The notes under the pieces are model-generated. The model was given only the letters and a program-made list of their open reading frames with translations, was not told where the DNA came from and made no database searches. A stretch of DNA of 63,859 bases, filler included, from Octopus bimaculoides (lineage: Eukaryota), in assembly GCF_001194135.2 (NCBI RefSeq). It is 7 parts of 6 records of this genome, joined end to end, with 100 filler letters (N's around TTAATTAATTAA, not from the genome) between each part and the next. Parts side by side here need not be neighbours in the genome. Positions count along the whole stretch, not along the records: positions 15,374 to 35,653 come from NC_068990.1; positions 35,754 to 53,630 come from NC_069004.1; 5 more parts are not named here. One strand, written 5' to 3'. Below are positions 28,361 through 42,360 of this stretch, in pieces. A program made the translations under genes and the position numbers. The stretch's first letter is position 1; the number at the start of each line of letters is the position of its first letter.

Positions 28361-29263
28361 TAATAACAACCACATTCATAAAATTATCAATAACAACGTT
28401 AACGATAGCAACAAAACTAACAATAGCAACACTCACAACACTATTAATAACAAAAACGCTAATGATAGCAACACAAACATTAACAACAATAAGAAAAGTA
28501 AAACAACAACTCCATTAACAATAGCAACAACACTTATATTAACAAGACTAACAACAGCAATCGCAACAACACTAGGAAGAAGAACAACACTATCAATACT
28601 AGCACTAATAACAACCAAAAATGCAGATAACAATAGCAACGACGGTATTAGCAGCGATAAGGATGACAACATCAGCAACAACACAAACACAATAAACACA
28701 AACAACATTGATTGTTACCACCACACAATACCTGTATTAGCCATAGCAATGCACTTCACCACCTCCTCCACCACCTCCACATAAAAAATAATAATATAAC
28801 ATTGATTATATTTATTCAATTATCCACCAGAGATAAATATTAAGTTTCTCGCTCTGATATCTTTATTTTTTGTTTGTATCTTTATTTTTTATTTGTATCT
28901 TTATTTTTATCTTTAGATTTATTTATTTTTTAATCTTTTCTTCTAATTCAAACTCCTTCTCTTTCTTTCTCTCTCTCTCTCTCACACTCTCTCTCGCTCT
29001 CTTTCTCTCTTTATCCCTCTCTATGCCTCGTTTCTTCGTCTTCACTTTTTTCCTCTCCTTCTCCTGCTCCCTCATATTTCTCTCATCTCTCTCCCGCTCT
29101 TTCTCCCATCTCTCTCCCGCTCTTTCTCCCATCTCTCTCCTTCTCTCACCATATATATGTGTATTTGTATCTACACATATATACATATATAATTATATAT
29201 ATGTATATATATGTATATATTAAACTCCCTCTTTTCCCATATCTCTCTCTCTCTCTCTTTCTT

Positions 29264-29300
<37 letters not shown>

Positions 29301-30503
29301 TTCTCTCTTTCTCTGTTTTTCCAAGTCTTAATTCTCAATATTTCACTGCGTTAAGATTGCGTGAATTGCTAACATTGAATATAATTAGATGATTCATTCT
29401 TTTCCTACAGTACATCGAGAGAATTTGCTAAGTAACACATCTCCCATTTAAATTCTCTCACACTACATTTCACCTCAATCTCAACGACAACAAACAAAGA
29501 AAAGAAAACTGCAGCAAAACTGTGTCATTCTTATAGCATTCGTTTCTTAAATTAAATTTTATTAATTTATTTCTATAAATTTGCTTTTTGTTTTGTTACA
29601 GTTCTATAATAAATCATACCAAACAGCATGAAGACAAACAAACATATTCCCCAAGGGTCAAAAGAATTTTATTATATGCTACTGATAAAAGAATTTTGAA
29701 TATAAATATAGTGACATTTATCTGTTTATCCATAAACATGTAAATATACAACATATGTGCACGTATGTACGTACATACATACATACATACACATGTAACA
29801 TATATACACACGTTCATACACAAAAACACACAAACACACAAACGTTATAATTCTAGTGACATGAACTAACACTTCTGCCTTCATGAACATATCATTTGTT
29901 AGAAAGATAATTCGTCAGCCACTCAGCTTCCGGCAGATAGGCTGTTCTGCGAGTATCGAAGATAGCGAAGTATCACCATTCGTCTCTCTATTTATGACGA
30001 AGACTGGATGCTAGAATTGCAGGTACTGGCACAATAATGCAATTCTTAGAAGACAAGAATTTAGTAAAAAAAAAAAGCCAAACTTACTATCTTCAGTTTG
30101 GTTTCCGTGTCTATGATAATGGGTTGTGACCGAAAAAGTACGATCGCGAATATAAGCGACCGAAATGGGGTTTCTCCGAAGAATCTCTAGAGTAATGTTT
30201 CTTGAATTTGGTTTGCAAGATTCTTGATATGAATTCCTATGTTGAAACAAATTTCGTTGTGCCTTGTGAGAGTCATTACGCCAACAATAATAACACATGC
30301 ACTGGTTTAATATCACTTCTTTATTGTTAGTCAATTGGTTAAGTATCTAACCAACCAACTAATCGATCGTTTGTTTAGTGTGCTGCTTAAATAATCAATC
30401 GCTATTTGCGACCTTTTCAGCGACATAATGACTTCCCCTCTCACTCAGAAATCTACAAGGGCCTCTCTCCGAGTTTGTCTGAGGATTGGTCTTATGTCCT
30501 TGT

Positions 30504-30581
<78 letters not shown>

Positions 30582-31061
30582 GTTTATCTTAGAAAAGGAG
30601 GTGAGGGTATATAAATCAATAAGAAACACTATTATGGAAGCAATTAATTTCTTATTGAACTATCGAGATGCTCTTCATCTCAGTTAAAATCTCGGTTCAT
30701 TTACTCGTCTAAGATTTTTTCAGAACGCTACCGTCGTCGCTTATAAACTTTTTTTACCACTTATGTTTATTTAACAAATAAATAAACTCATCCAACTGGA
30801 ACATAATCGGCATTCAAGAGGAAATTCCTGATCAGGTATGTAAGTTGCAGAGTCTGGGTGTATTAAAACAACGACTGGAATTTATGCTTTTATTTTTGAT
30901 TCTATAGTTACAATTGTTTCAAGAAATTGTGAATAGTTAAAACTACACCCATAGCGAGGGTAAAAATTCATTATCTTAATGTCCAAGAAATGCAAGGAAA
31001 CAACCGCAGGATTTAAATTAACTGCAAATAGGTTTCTGCGGTGAGTAAATTAGGCATCAAT

Positions 31062-31461
31062 ACTCTCTTTTACTTGTTTCAGTCATTTGACTGCGGCCAT
31101 GCTGGAGCACCGCCTTTAGTCGAGCAAATCGACCTCAGGACTTATTCTTTGTAAGCCTAGTACTTATGCTATCGGTCTTTTTTGCCGAACCGCTAAGTTA
31201 CGGGGACGTAAACACACCAGCATCGGTTGTCAAGCGATGTTGGGGGGACAAATACAGACACAAACATATACACACACATACATATATATAAATATATATA
31301 CATATATACGACAGGCTTCTCTCGGTTTCCGTCTACCAAATCCACTCACAAGGCTTTGATCGGCCCAAGGCTATAGTAGAAGACACTTGCCCAAGATGCC
31401 ACGCAGTGGGAATGAACCCAGAACCATGTGGTTGGTAAGCAAGCTATTTACCACACAGCCA
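31062..31461 (-). mobile_element. OK-like SINE, full length with internal microsatellite
   Basis: Reverse-complement match to 23417-23585 plus 9351-9543. Confidence 0.9.
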
Positions 31462-31793
31462 GTTCTCAGAGTCACTAGAGAACATATAACGTGTATACCT
31501 AATAGCCGTCTGTAAAGTATAACAGTTGTATAGCTGTGGCTCTCGATCTGGGTTGGTGACCCCTCACGTTTTTGTGGTCGTTGCGAGATCACAAAAGGCT
31601 GGGAAATCTCAGAGGGTGTTATGGTGGGGATGAGGGGCATAAATGGGTATTATGTTATCAATGAGCAAACAACATGATTGATAATATGACTATGTCCAAT
31701 ATAAATTTCGGTAATTAAGCTCTCGCCTTCCTTAGTAATATCCATAAAAACTGGTCTACGCAAATATCTAAAACAGAAACATGATGGATGGAA

Positions 31794-32031
31794 ACATGGC
31801 GACGAGCTGGCAGAAACGTTAGCGCGCCGGGTGAAATGCTTAGCGGTATTTCGTCTGCCGTTACATTCAGAGTTCAAATTCCGCCGAGATCGACTTTGCC
31901 TTTCATCCTTTCGGAGTCGATTAAATAAGTTCCATTTACGCACTGGGGTCGATGTAATTGACTTAATCGCTTTGTCTGTCCTTGTTTGTCCCTTCTATGT
32001 TTAGCCCCTTGTGGGCAATAAAGAAATAAGG
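31794..32031 (+). mobile_element. tRNA-derived SINE, third family (central domain resembling Nin/Deu type), 16-bp TSD
   Basis: B box GAGTTCAAATTCC and core GACTTTGCCTTTCATCCTTTCGGAGTCGAT. TSD AACATGATGGATGGAA at 31778-31793 and 32032-32047. Second copy at 51470-51705. The Nin/Deu label is from memory only. Confidence 0.85.
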
Positions 32032-33370
32032 AACATGATGGATGGAATAATGTAAGAAAATATTGATAATAAATCATTGCACAGAATTAACTTTTGTTTA
32101 ATTAAAATAAACTGTTCTTCTGTGGTAGAAAATCAGGAGTGAACTTTTGTTGAAGCGCCATTTTGTGAAAGCGGACGCTTGGATATAAAATATTGAGAGT
32201 CATTGCTATAAAACACAATAACTCTATCAGTACTTCAGTGTGGATTTATATTATTATTTTTATTATTTATGTTGGTTTTGATACATAAATGTCTGCATAT
32301 TGCCCAGTGGTCGTAGATACCCACTTCCTCATGTCAGTGGGTAAATTGCGTTTTTACGGCGACTGGATAACCGGAAATAATCGATAGTCGATTGTTTCAT
32401 TATGTTGATTTATATTAGTGTGTAAGTTTACGTTAGCCTCTTGTTTTTATTGTTTTATTTAATACATTTTTCCTTTCTTGTAACTATGCATTGATCTTGC
32501 ACATCTAAACCCATACCTCCTACTTCTGCTTTTTGTTCCCCAACTAAGAACCATTGTTGGCTTTCATATTGGTTAACTTCCTCTCCGTCCACCACTGTAG
32601 GTTTTTATCAATATTTCTAACTTTTTTCTGTTTTTCATTTGTTTTTTGTTTTTTTTGGCGTGGGGGGAATGAGGTTTTTTTTTGTTTTTTTTTTCATCAT
32701 CTAAATCATTTTTTTCGTCGGTGTAATTAGCTTCTGCTTTGTAATTTGTTTCGCTATAAATAGCGAAAAGTTATTTTTGCTGTTTTTGTCGTTGCTGTTG
32801 TTGTTATCGGGTTTATTTTTCATGCGGCCATATTACACTAATTAGTCAGTCTTAGATTACTGCTGAGTACGTTTTTAAGTCCCAAGGGCTTACTTTCGAA
32901 TAGCTTTCCACCTTTATCGGACTTTTCCTTCGTGCGCAGCTGAGATCCGATCTATATCTATTTTCTGATTGTGGGTTCAAAACACTCTTCGATTCAATTA
33001 ATGACCAATTTATGAGAGCAGAGCTTACGATGCCCGATGTCTGTTCTTTTTTCGCTACGAGCTATCTCTGACTGACCAAACTTATACCCAAAGACGCTCC
33101 AACCATGAATATCTCGCCTTTCTCTCGGAAACTGTTTATTTAGAGCTACATTATCCAATACATTCCTCCATTTTCAAGACAGTAGAATGTCATTTGAGAG
33201 AGTTTAGCAGTTATTTTTAGCAGGTCGAACTGCCACATATACAGTCTCTCGTAGTTTATAGTTGGGTATCAAAAGGGTTCGTTAAGTTAAAATTGTCTTT
33301 AATAATAAAGAATCTTACATTATTTACATTATCTACATTTGACGGATATTTGTCCTCATCTTGTTTGTTG

Positions 33371-33418
33371 TTAACATAACGTTTCGGCTGATATACCCTC
33401 CAGCCTTCATCAGGTGTC
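33371..33418 (-). ncRNA. Minimal type I hammerhead ribozyme motif
   Basis: Minus strand: GACAC-CUGAUGA-A-GGCUG(GAGGGUAUAU)CAGCC-GAAA-CGUU-AUGUU. The core is intact, stem II has 5 bp and stem III is the palindrome ACGU. Confidence 0.65.
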
Positions 33419-34630
33419 TTGGGGAAATTTCGAACCTGGGTTCTCTACGGGCAATACATGAAAGTAAAATAAGAAGGACGATAAGGGGAAATATGAATTA
33501 GAAAGGTAATGTAGAACAAGAAGGGGTACGTTAGCATATTTGTTTTAAGAAGACAAACACAATAATTGGTGAACCTCCATTTTAACAAGACAATGAGCCA
33601 AAAGACGATAGCTCAACTGCAGAATAATAACAATCATTAAATAAGAAGCTAGAGCACAAGACAGCAAAATAATAGAGATGGGAAATCAAGGAAAACAGAA
33701 TGATACAGTGAAGCTTAATAACTTCGCAAGGGGGACTTTCTGATGCTTGTAACTGGAGTTAAACAACGGGACGTGACAAATTTAAGGCTTCCTCCTCTCT
33801 TGTCCGTTGGCAAACGATTGATTCTGTTTGGTGTATATGGAAAACTATTGAATACATAAAGGGAGAAAATTTAACAAATGATACATTGAATAAAAGAGAG
33901 ACGAAATAGAGTAAAAAAGTTTTTAAAATATTTTTGGGACTTGTCAGTTGATTTCCATGTAACAAATTGAGAGGGTTCAAACGCACTACAACGGCAAACC
34001 AGCGAGATCTTCAACGGAAACAGATCGAGAAAATCATGAATTCTGTGGAAGCAAAATCACCGAAAGTGAAGAGCATGGAGAGATGTAGGGTCACAATAAG
34101 ATTAAATTTTGTGAACCAGAAAATGCTGATCGATATCATCGACCCCTGTAATTGATTTTATCTACACTTAAAGGATGAAGGTAAATCTGGCTACTGCAGA
34201 ATTTGAAATCGGATTCTAAAGAGCCGGAAAGAATGCTGCAAGGCAGTTTTCCGACGCTCTAACAATTCTGTCAGTCTAATAATAACCACAAGAACAAAAG
34301 TTACGATATAGACTATATGGCTATCTGTTTGTGTAGATATTCAATTACTATGTGCAAAACCTGTAACACTCATTTCCTTTGAAGTATTATAGTTTGTGAA
34401 ACAACAACAATAACGGTACATATTACAACAACAACAAAAAAAAACACAACACAATAGGTGTATGAAAAGAAATGAAAGAAGAAATAAATAGTTTTGTTCG
34501 ATGATTAAATACTCTAGAGTTGGTGCATTGGGAGTTGAGGAACTGAAGGTAACTTAACCCACAACCCAGCAGATAAACAAATATATTATCAGGAAACAAA
34601 GAGAGAAATAATAACATGCAGACAGTCATA

Positions 34631-34667
<37 letters not shown>

Positions 34668-34706
34668 GTTTATGTGTGTAGATATGTATGGATATACATG
34701 CATATA

Positions 34707-34755
<49 letters not shown>

Positions 34756-34812
34756 GTATATGTACATACACACATACATACATCATCATTTACATATATA
34801 TATATATTATAA

Positions 34813-34875
<63 letters not shown>

Positions 34876-35070
34876 TGTGCGGATACATGTTTATATGTGT
34901 GTGTCTGTATGTATGTATGCATGTATGTAGCCATACACATAAACTCATGGAATTATGCAGACACATACGCACACGAACTCTCAAAAGCATATATACATGG
35001 AAATAGAGACATATATACACATAAGTATACATACATATACCAAAAGACAGTAAGTTACGTATTACATATA

Positions 35071-35190
<120 letters not shown>

Positions 35191-35283
35191 CATACACAAT
35201 ACATATACAAAGGAATGTAATACATGTATATCTATACATATATGCGTATATGTATGTATCTATATATGTGTACATATTACTAT

Positions 35284-35353
<70 letters not shown>

Positions 35354-35484
35354 TGTAGACGACCTCGGTTTGATCGATAAACAACAAACTAATACAAAGA
35401 ATATTCGATTCAAAGGAGGAATTGATTGGAGTTCAATCATGTATATATCATGTGTGCATGTGTGTGTGTGTATGTGTGCATGCA

Positions 35485-35526
<42 letters not shown>

Positions 35527-35854
35527 AATACGTACAAATATATATTTATAAATATATACATATAAAACTTGTTTATAATGTACGTGTATATGTAAATATG
35601 TATGTAAGTATACGTATATATACATACACATATACATATATATATATATATATNNNNNNNNNNNNNNNNNNNNNNNNNNNNNNNNNNNNNNNNNNNNTTA
35701 ATTAATTAANNNNNNNNNNNNNNNNNNNNNNNNNNNNNNNNNNNNNNNNNNNNCGTGAAGGGGACGTAAACACTGCCTGACTTACCTTGATTAAGGCCTG
35801 TGGTGAGGTGACTCACGCGACGAACTAAACCAAAGTTCTAAGAATTTTACACAC

Positions 35855-35915
<61 letters not shown>

Positions 35916-36148
35916 ATCCTTTCAGAGAGCTTTAGTCGGCCCTAGGCTACAGTAGAAACTACTTGCTCAAGATACCACGCAGTGGGATTGAACGTGAACG
36001 ATGTGGCTGCGAAGCAAATTTTCTTTTCCACGTGGACATTCCTACGCCAATATTAATAACGATAATAATAATAATAATAATGATAATAATAATAATAATA
36101 ATAATATTAATAATAACAATCAAATTAATATTAATAATAACAATAAAT

Positions 36149-36183
<35 letters not shown>

Positions 36184-37429
36184 TTTTAAGGTTCGGCGCC
36201 AAGCCAAATATTTGTTGAGAAGTGGTGTATAGACAAATGAAATATCTTATAAAATAAATGGCGTAGAAATTTCATTAGTAGACAGGTTATGAAAGTCAGG
36301 AAGACAACTGATGGTCATTAAACCAAATGGGGTCGGCTCATTCATCTTATTTAGGGAAAGCTTCTTTTCCCATTCTTCCTTCATTCCTTTCTTTCTTTCT
36401 TCCTTCCTTTGTCTCTTTCTTTGTTTCTTTCTTTTCCTTGTTTCTTTTTGTACATTATATTTTCTTTAATAAATTATGACAGGCAAGTAAATAATAATAA
36501 TAATAATAATAATAGTAATAGTAGTAATAATGATACTATTTACTGTAATTCAAGCCAATATACATACATACATACATATATACATGCACACACACGTGTG
36601 TGTGTAATATATATATATATGTACATACATATCCATCTATCTGTGTGTATATATACATATATATACATCTATATATATATGATCTATCTCCAGTCGAATA
36701 GATTCTGTATCATGTACGTCTTCAGTGCAAATGTTAGAAAATAAAATAAACATTACTTTTTATAGTTCAGGCAGGTAAAAAGATTTCTTTAAAAACTCTA
36801 TTCTTTTATTTTCTCCAGCAAAAAAAAAAAAAATGTAGAATAATAAGAAATAGTTTCATATCCTTTGCTCCTTAGAAAGAGAAGGAGAAAGAATGAGTAA
36901 GCGAGAGAGAAGAAAGAGAGAGAAGCAAAGGCAAAGGTAAATACGTAGGAGGTGGAGAAAGAGAGAGTGAGGGAAAGAGAGAGATGGGGGGGTGTTAAAG
37001 CAAAAGAAAGAATGAATGTTGTTGTATTTTTACTAAACCGAACTACATAAAACTTATGGCCATATTTTAGTGAAATCTCCCTTATTGACTGGACTGGCCT
37101 ACAATTATTATGATCGCCAGCGCTTCCACCTCCTCCACGAACACGATCAGCCTCATCACCAGCACCAGCAACAACACGTCAGAGACGATCATACTGACCT
37201 TTCTCTCAGCTCAATAACCATAGCATCATAACACATTATAACATCGATCTTATTAGGTATTCTATTTCTCAGAATCACTCCTCAGTTTATTTTTAAGCAG
37301 CAGAAAAAAAAAAAAAAACAAAACAAAACAAAAAAACAAAATATGAAAGAAAGAAAAAAAACTACCCCCCAACAAAAATCGATATTTGTTATTAGTTGCC
37401 GAAATAGCGCTATGTATCGAACAAAGGTA

Positions 37430-37781
37430 AAAAAACAACAACAACAACAACAACAATGACCACGACCACGACAACACCACCACCACCAACAACAACAACA
37501 GCCACAACAACGGAAACGACGGCTGCAACATCAACAACTACAATAATAGTAACAACAACGAAAACAAGAAGAAGAAGAAAATAAACAGGTCGACTAGGAG
37601 AACAATAGTAGACGGCAACACCGCCCCGCCGATGTCAACGACTCCACCATTAACACCACCCCCNNNNNNNNNNNNNNNNNNNNNNNNNNNNNNNNNNNNN
37701 NNNACAACCCCCACCCCCACCACCACCATTGCTATTAACACAACCACCAACACCTGCATCGCCACGTCAACAACGACGATC

Positions 37782-37852
<71 letters not shown>

Positions 37853-38041
37853 ATGACCACTAATCCCCTTTCTGCCATTGACATCTCTACCCCTACTGTT
37901 ACTACTAATAATAATACTACCACCACAACTACTACAACGTCTACAACAACAACTACTACTACTAACACCAACACCACCACCACCACCAATACAACCACCA
38001 CCACCACCACCACCACCACGAATCCTACTACCATTAATATG

Positions 38042-38096
<55 letters not shown>

Positions 38097-38660
38097 TCAT
38101 CAACTCCACCACCGCTGCTACCACTCCACCAACTATTCCATTAGTACAAACGCAACGAGCCCCACCCCACCACCAATAGCACTGATGCCACCACTCTTAC
38201 TACCTTAGTCGCTGCCACTCCCTACTACAANNNNNNNNNNCACTCCACCAACTATTCCATTAGTACAAACGCAACGAGCCCCACCCCACCACCAATAGCA
38301 CTGATGCCACCACTCTTACTACCTTAGTCGCTGCCACTCCCTACTACAACACCAACAACTGCATTACTGCGAGCAAAACCAGAACAACGCAACTATTTAG
38401 ATCCTCAGCAGTTCCTTTTGACATAGTAATATTAATAACAACACCGCCACCTCTTAAACCGATGCCTCCGCCATGGATTAGAAAGACCACCAGCACCAGC
38501 ACCAGCACCACCACGACTACCTCCACCGTCATCGCCAACAAGCCATCAGCTCCTACCATCACTTCGACCGCAACCAGCTTCGGCCAAACAACAACGTCAT
38601 CATCATCATCATCATCACAAACACCACAAGCACAACTATCACCTCTGCTTCCATTACAAA
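37430..38660. repeat. Compound/cryptic trinucleotide repeats (CAA, TAC, CAC, TGC)
   Basis: Direct inspection; frames are broken by stops. Confidence 0.8.
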
Positions 38661-38723
38661 AATAAGAAGAAATAAAAACAAACGAACAAGGAAAAAAAAA
38701 CAAACAAACAAAACAAAACAAGC

Positions 38724-38850
38724 GAGGCGTGGCTGTGTGGTAAGGAGCTCGCTTCCGAATCATATGGTACTGGGTTCAGTCCCACGGCGTGGAACTTGTA
38801 CAAGTAACTTGTACTATATCCTTGTTAAACGGAAACTGACAGAAGACCGT
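38724..38850 (+). mobile_element. OK-like SINE, 5' fragment
   Basis: GGCGTGGCTGTGTGGTAAG...GGGTTCAGTCCC head. Confidence 0.75.
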
Positions 38851-38956
38851 CGCTAAATCGTCCAACCACTCTACATGCCATCACTTTATAATACACACAT
38901 TTTGAAAGCGAGGGCGTAGACAGACAGAAATTCATAAAAGTGGTATTTGTATGTGT

Positions 38957-39276
38957 GAAGGCGCGTGGCTTAGTGGTTAGGGCATTCGGCTCGCGATCGT
39001 AAGGTCCGTGAGTTCAATTCCCGGCGACGCGTTGTGTCCTTGAGTAAGACACTTTATTTCACGTTCCTCGAGTCCACTGAGCTGGCAAAAATGAGTCGTA
39101 CCTGTATTTCAAAGGGGCCGGCCTTGTCACACTCTGTGTCACGCTGAATCTCCCTGAGAACTACGTTAAGGGTACACGTGTCTGTTGAGTGCTCAGCCAC
39201 TTGCAAGTTAATTTCACGAGCATGCTGTTCCGTTGATCGTATCAGCTGGGACCCTTGTCGTCGTAACCGACGGAGT
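38957..39276 (+). mobile_element. OR-like SINE, full length, alternative head/core
   Basis: A box TGGCTTAGTGGTTAGG, B box GAGTTCAATTCC and TGTGTCCTTGAGTAAGACACTT core. The 3' half is shared with 880-1260. Confidence 0.9.
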
Positions 39277-39433
39277 TTTTCTAAGCCCTGTGAAAGAACT
39301 CAGAAGGTTGGGCCTCCAAGCAGGAGTTTCGTGATACCCTTAACGCCAGAAACTTTTCAACATTCTTGCGTATATATACAGGTACTCACACACATACAAC
39401 GAGATAGATAGAGCGATAGATCGATAGGTAAAT

Positions 39434-39466
<33 letters not shown>

Positions 39467-39664
39467 CACAGAGTGAACGAGAGAGAGCTAGATTGCTGAA
39501 AAATACAAACACAATAAGACATATGCACAAACGCGTACGCACACGCCCACATTCACAAATCCAGAAACAGTATTTCACAGAATTGCGTTAAAAATAGGAA
39601 TTAATTTGACTTTTGCTACAGGCTAAGAATATTTAATGAACGCCAGAAATGTACGTTCAACTGT

Positions 39665-39701
<37 letters not shown>

Positions 39702-40711
39702 CATATCTAATCTATTATATATATANNNNNNNNNNNNNNNNNNNNNNNNNNNNNNNNNNNNNNNNNNNNNNNNNNNNNNNNNNNNNNNNNNNNNNNNNNN
39801 NNNNNNNNNNNNNNNNNNNNNNNNNNNNNNNNNNNNNNNNNNNNNNNNNNNNNNNNNNNNNNNNNNNNNNNNNNNNNNNNNNNNNNNNNNNNNNNNNNNN
39901 NNNNNNNNNNNNNNNNNNNNNNNNNNNNNNNNNNNNNNNNNNNNNNNNNNNNNNNNNNNNNNNNNNNNNNNNNNNNNNNNNNNNNNNNNNNNNNNNNNNN
40001 NNNNNNNNNNNNNNNNNNNNNNNNNNNNNNNNNNNNNNNNNNNNNNNNNNNNNNNNNNNNNNNNNNNNNNNNNNNNNNNNNNNNNNNNNNNNNNNNNNNN
40101 NNNNNNNNNNNNNNNNNNNNNNNNNNNNNNNNNNNNNNNNNNNNNNNNNNNNNNNNNNNNNNNNNNNNNNNNNNNNNNNNNNNNNNNNNNNNNNNNNNNN
40201 NNNNNNNNNNNNNNNNNNNNNNNNNNNNNNNNNNNNNNNNNNNNNNNNNNNNNNNNNNNNNNNNNNNNNNNNNNNNNNNNNNNNNNNNNNNNNNNNNNNN
40301 NNNNNNNNNNNNNNNNNNNNNNNNNNNNNNNNNNNNNNNNNNNNNNNNNNNNNNNNNNNNNNNNNNNNNNNNNNNNNNNNNNNNNNNNNNNNNNNNNNNN
40401 NNNNNNNNNNNNNNNNNNNNNNNNNNNNNTATATATATATATATATATGTATATGTGTGTGTGTGCCTATATATATATACACAAATATATATATGTGTGT
40501 ATGTGTGTGTATGTATATACACATAAGTATCTATTTCTATCTCCCACTCTATATCTATCAATCTATCCATCTATATGGACGTATATATATAAATATACAG
40601 TAGTGTATGTATATATATATATATATATATATGTATATTTATATAGATATATGTATGTATATATGTATGTATGTATGTATCTATCTATCTGTATGTATGT
40701 ATGTATGCATG

Positions 40712-40792
<81 letters not shown>

Positions 40793-41839
40793 GTATGCAC
40801 ATATATAATTATTTTCATTTTGATGCATACATTTATGGGTCTTTAAATTGTTTCATTATCTTAAAGATTTTGGTTGTCACCAACCTCGTTCGGTATCTTG
40901 CAGATAGCTTTCTGAAACATTGAACATGAAACGATTGAGTTCGGATGCTAAATCACCGACGCATGATATATATATAATTATATTTCTTAAGACATCGAAC
41001 AAGCAAAATCGTTTGCACACCAGGTGAAATGCTTACCGGTATTTCACCCGTCATTTCGTTCTAAGTTCAATTGCCATCGATGGCGATGCTCCAGCATGGC
41101 CGCAGTCTAATGACTAATAGGAGTAAAAGATAAAAGATAAAAGATAAAACATCTAGGGCATGTATTAGATGCAACAAGAGTGAGTGTAGTTGGAGAAACG
41201 CATGGATCGGTGTACCTGTATCTGAATGGAGAAAGTATAGCATCAGCGGCCCCTGAGGAACAGAGGCCATTATAGCAATGGTACCCAGTCGACTATGCAT
41301 TGGTGAAGAGAAAGGTAGTACTAATTAAGACTCTTTCTCGGGACCCTTGCGACTCGGGAAAGACAGCGAGAAAGGTGTCCCTACAACAGAGTCTTCAACC
41401 GAAATCTAACATTAGAATTATTATTATCACTGAATACACCCGGGGTGCCAGGTGGTGGCAGCAGAGCAGATTAAAGCTACTGTCCAAATAATCTACGGCA
41501 TGATTTGAACTCCGAATGCAAAGATCTAGAACAAATATAGCACAAAGCATTTTCTCCTGCGCTCCACCGATTTCGCCAATCTACCGTCCTCGTATATTCT
41601 CACTTTAATTATTGACAGTGGAAAGATGAAAGATAAAGTTGTCCTCGACGAGGATTGAACTTAAATCGCAGGAGCCAAATTTATTGTTGTGAGATGTTTA
41701 ATGATTTTTTTTTTGTTTTTCTCCATTCAGTTCACGGAAGTATTAGCCGTATAAAGACTCTACATTAAAGTGGTTCGGTCTCATCAACACAAAGAATTGA
41801 CCCGGTTGCGGTGTTTGGACGAATGATGAAAGACTACGA

Positions 41840-42360
41840 ATACCACCACCACCACCACCACCACCACCATCACCACCATCACAACAACAACAACAACAAC
41901 AACGACGACAATGACGATGATGATGGCGATGATGACGACGATGATGACTACAACGACGACGATGATAATAATGTCGAGGGTGGTGGTGGTGGAGGTGGTG
42001 GTGGTGTTACTGTTGCCGCTGTGCTGACGACGACCACGATGATAATAAACGAAGGTGGTGGTGGTGGTGATGATGGTAATAATGATGGAGAGGAGGATGA
42101 GGAGGATGAGGATGATGATGATGATGAGGATGATGATGGGGAGGAGGAGGAGGAGAAGGAGGAGGACGACGGCGACGACAACAACCACGACAGCGAAGAA
42201 AAGGGTTATGATGATTATGGTGCTGATGACAATGATGATGATGATGGTGATGATACTGACGATGACGATAACGTGGAGAATTGTGTTGACGACGACGACT
42301 TTGATGATGACGACGATGACGACGACGACGATGATGATGATGATGGTGATGACAATGGCA
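41840..42360. repeat. Compound trinucleotide repeats (CAC/AAC/GAY/GGT/GAG)
   Basis: Direct inspection. Confidence 0.85.

Noticed and set aside
30088-30186. Apparent 99-nt minus-strand exon with GTAAGT donor
   Set aside because: Most of it is a dispersed repeat also present at 61794-61870.
38122-38349. Identical 109-bp direct repeat around a 10-N gap
   Set aside because: Same contig-overlap artefact.
37853-38665. Thr/Pro-rich mucin-like plus-strand ORFs
   Set aside because: Simple-repeat derived and broken by stops and frameshifts, with no regular higher-order unit.
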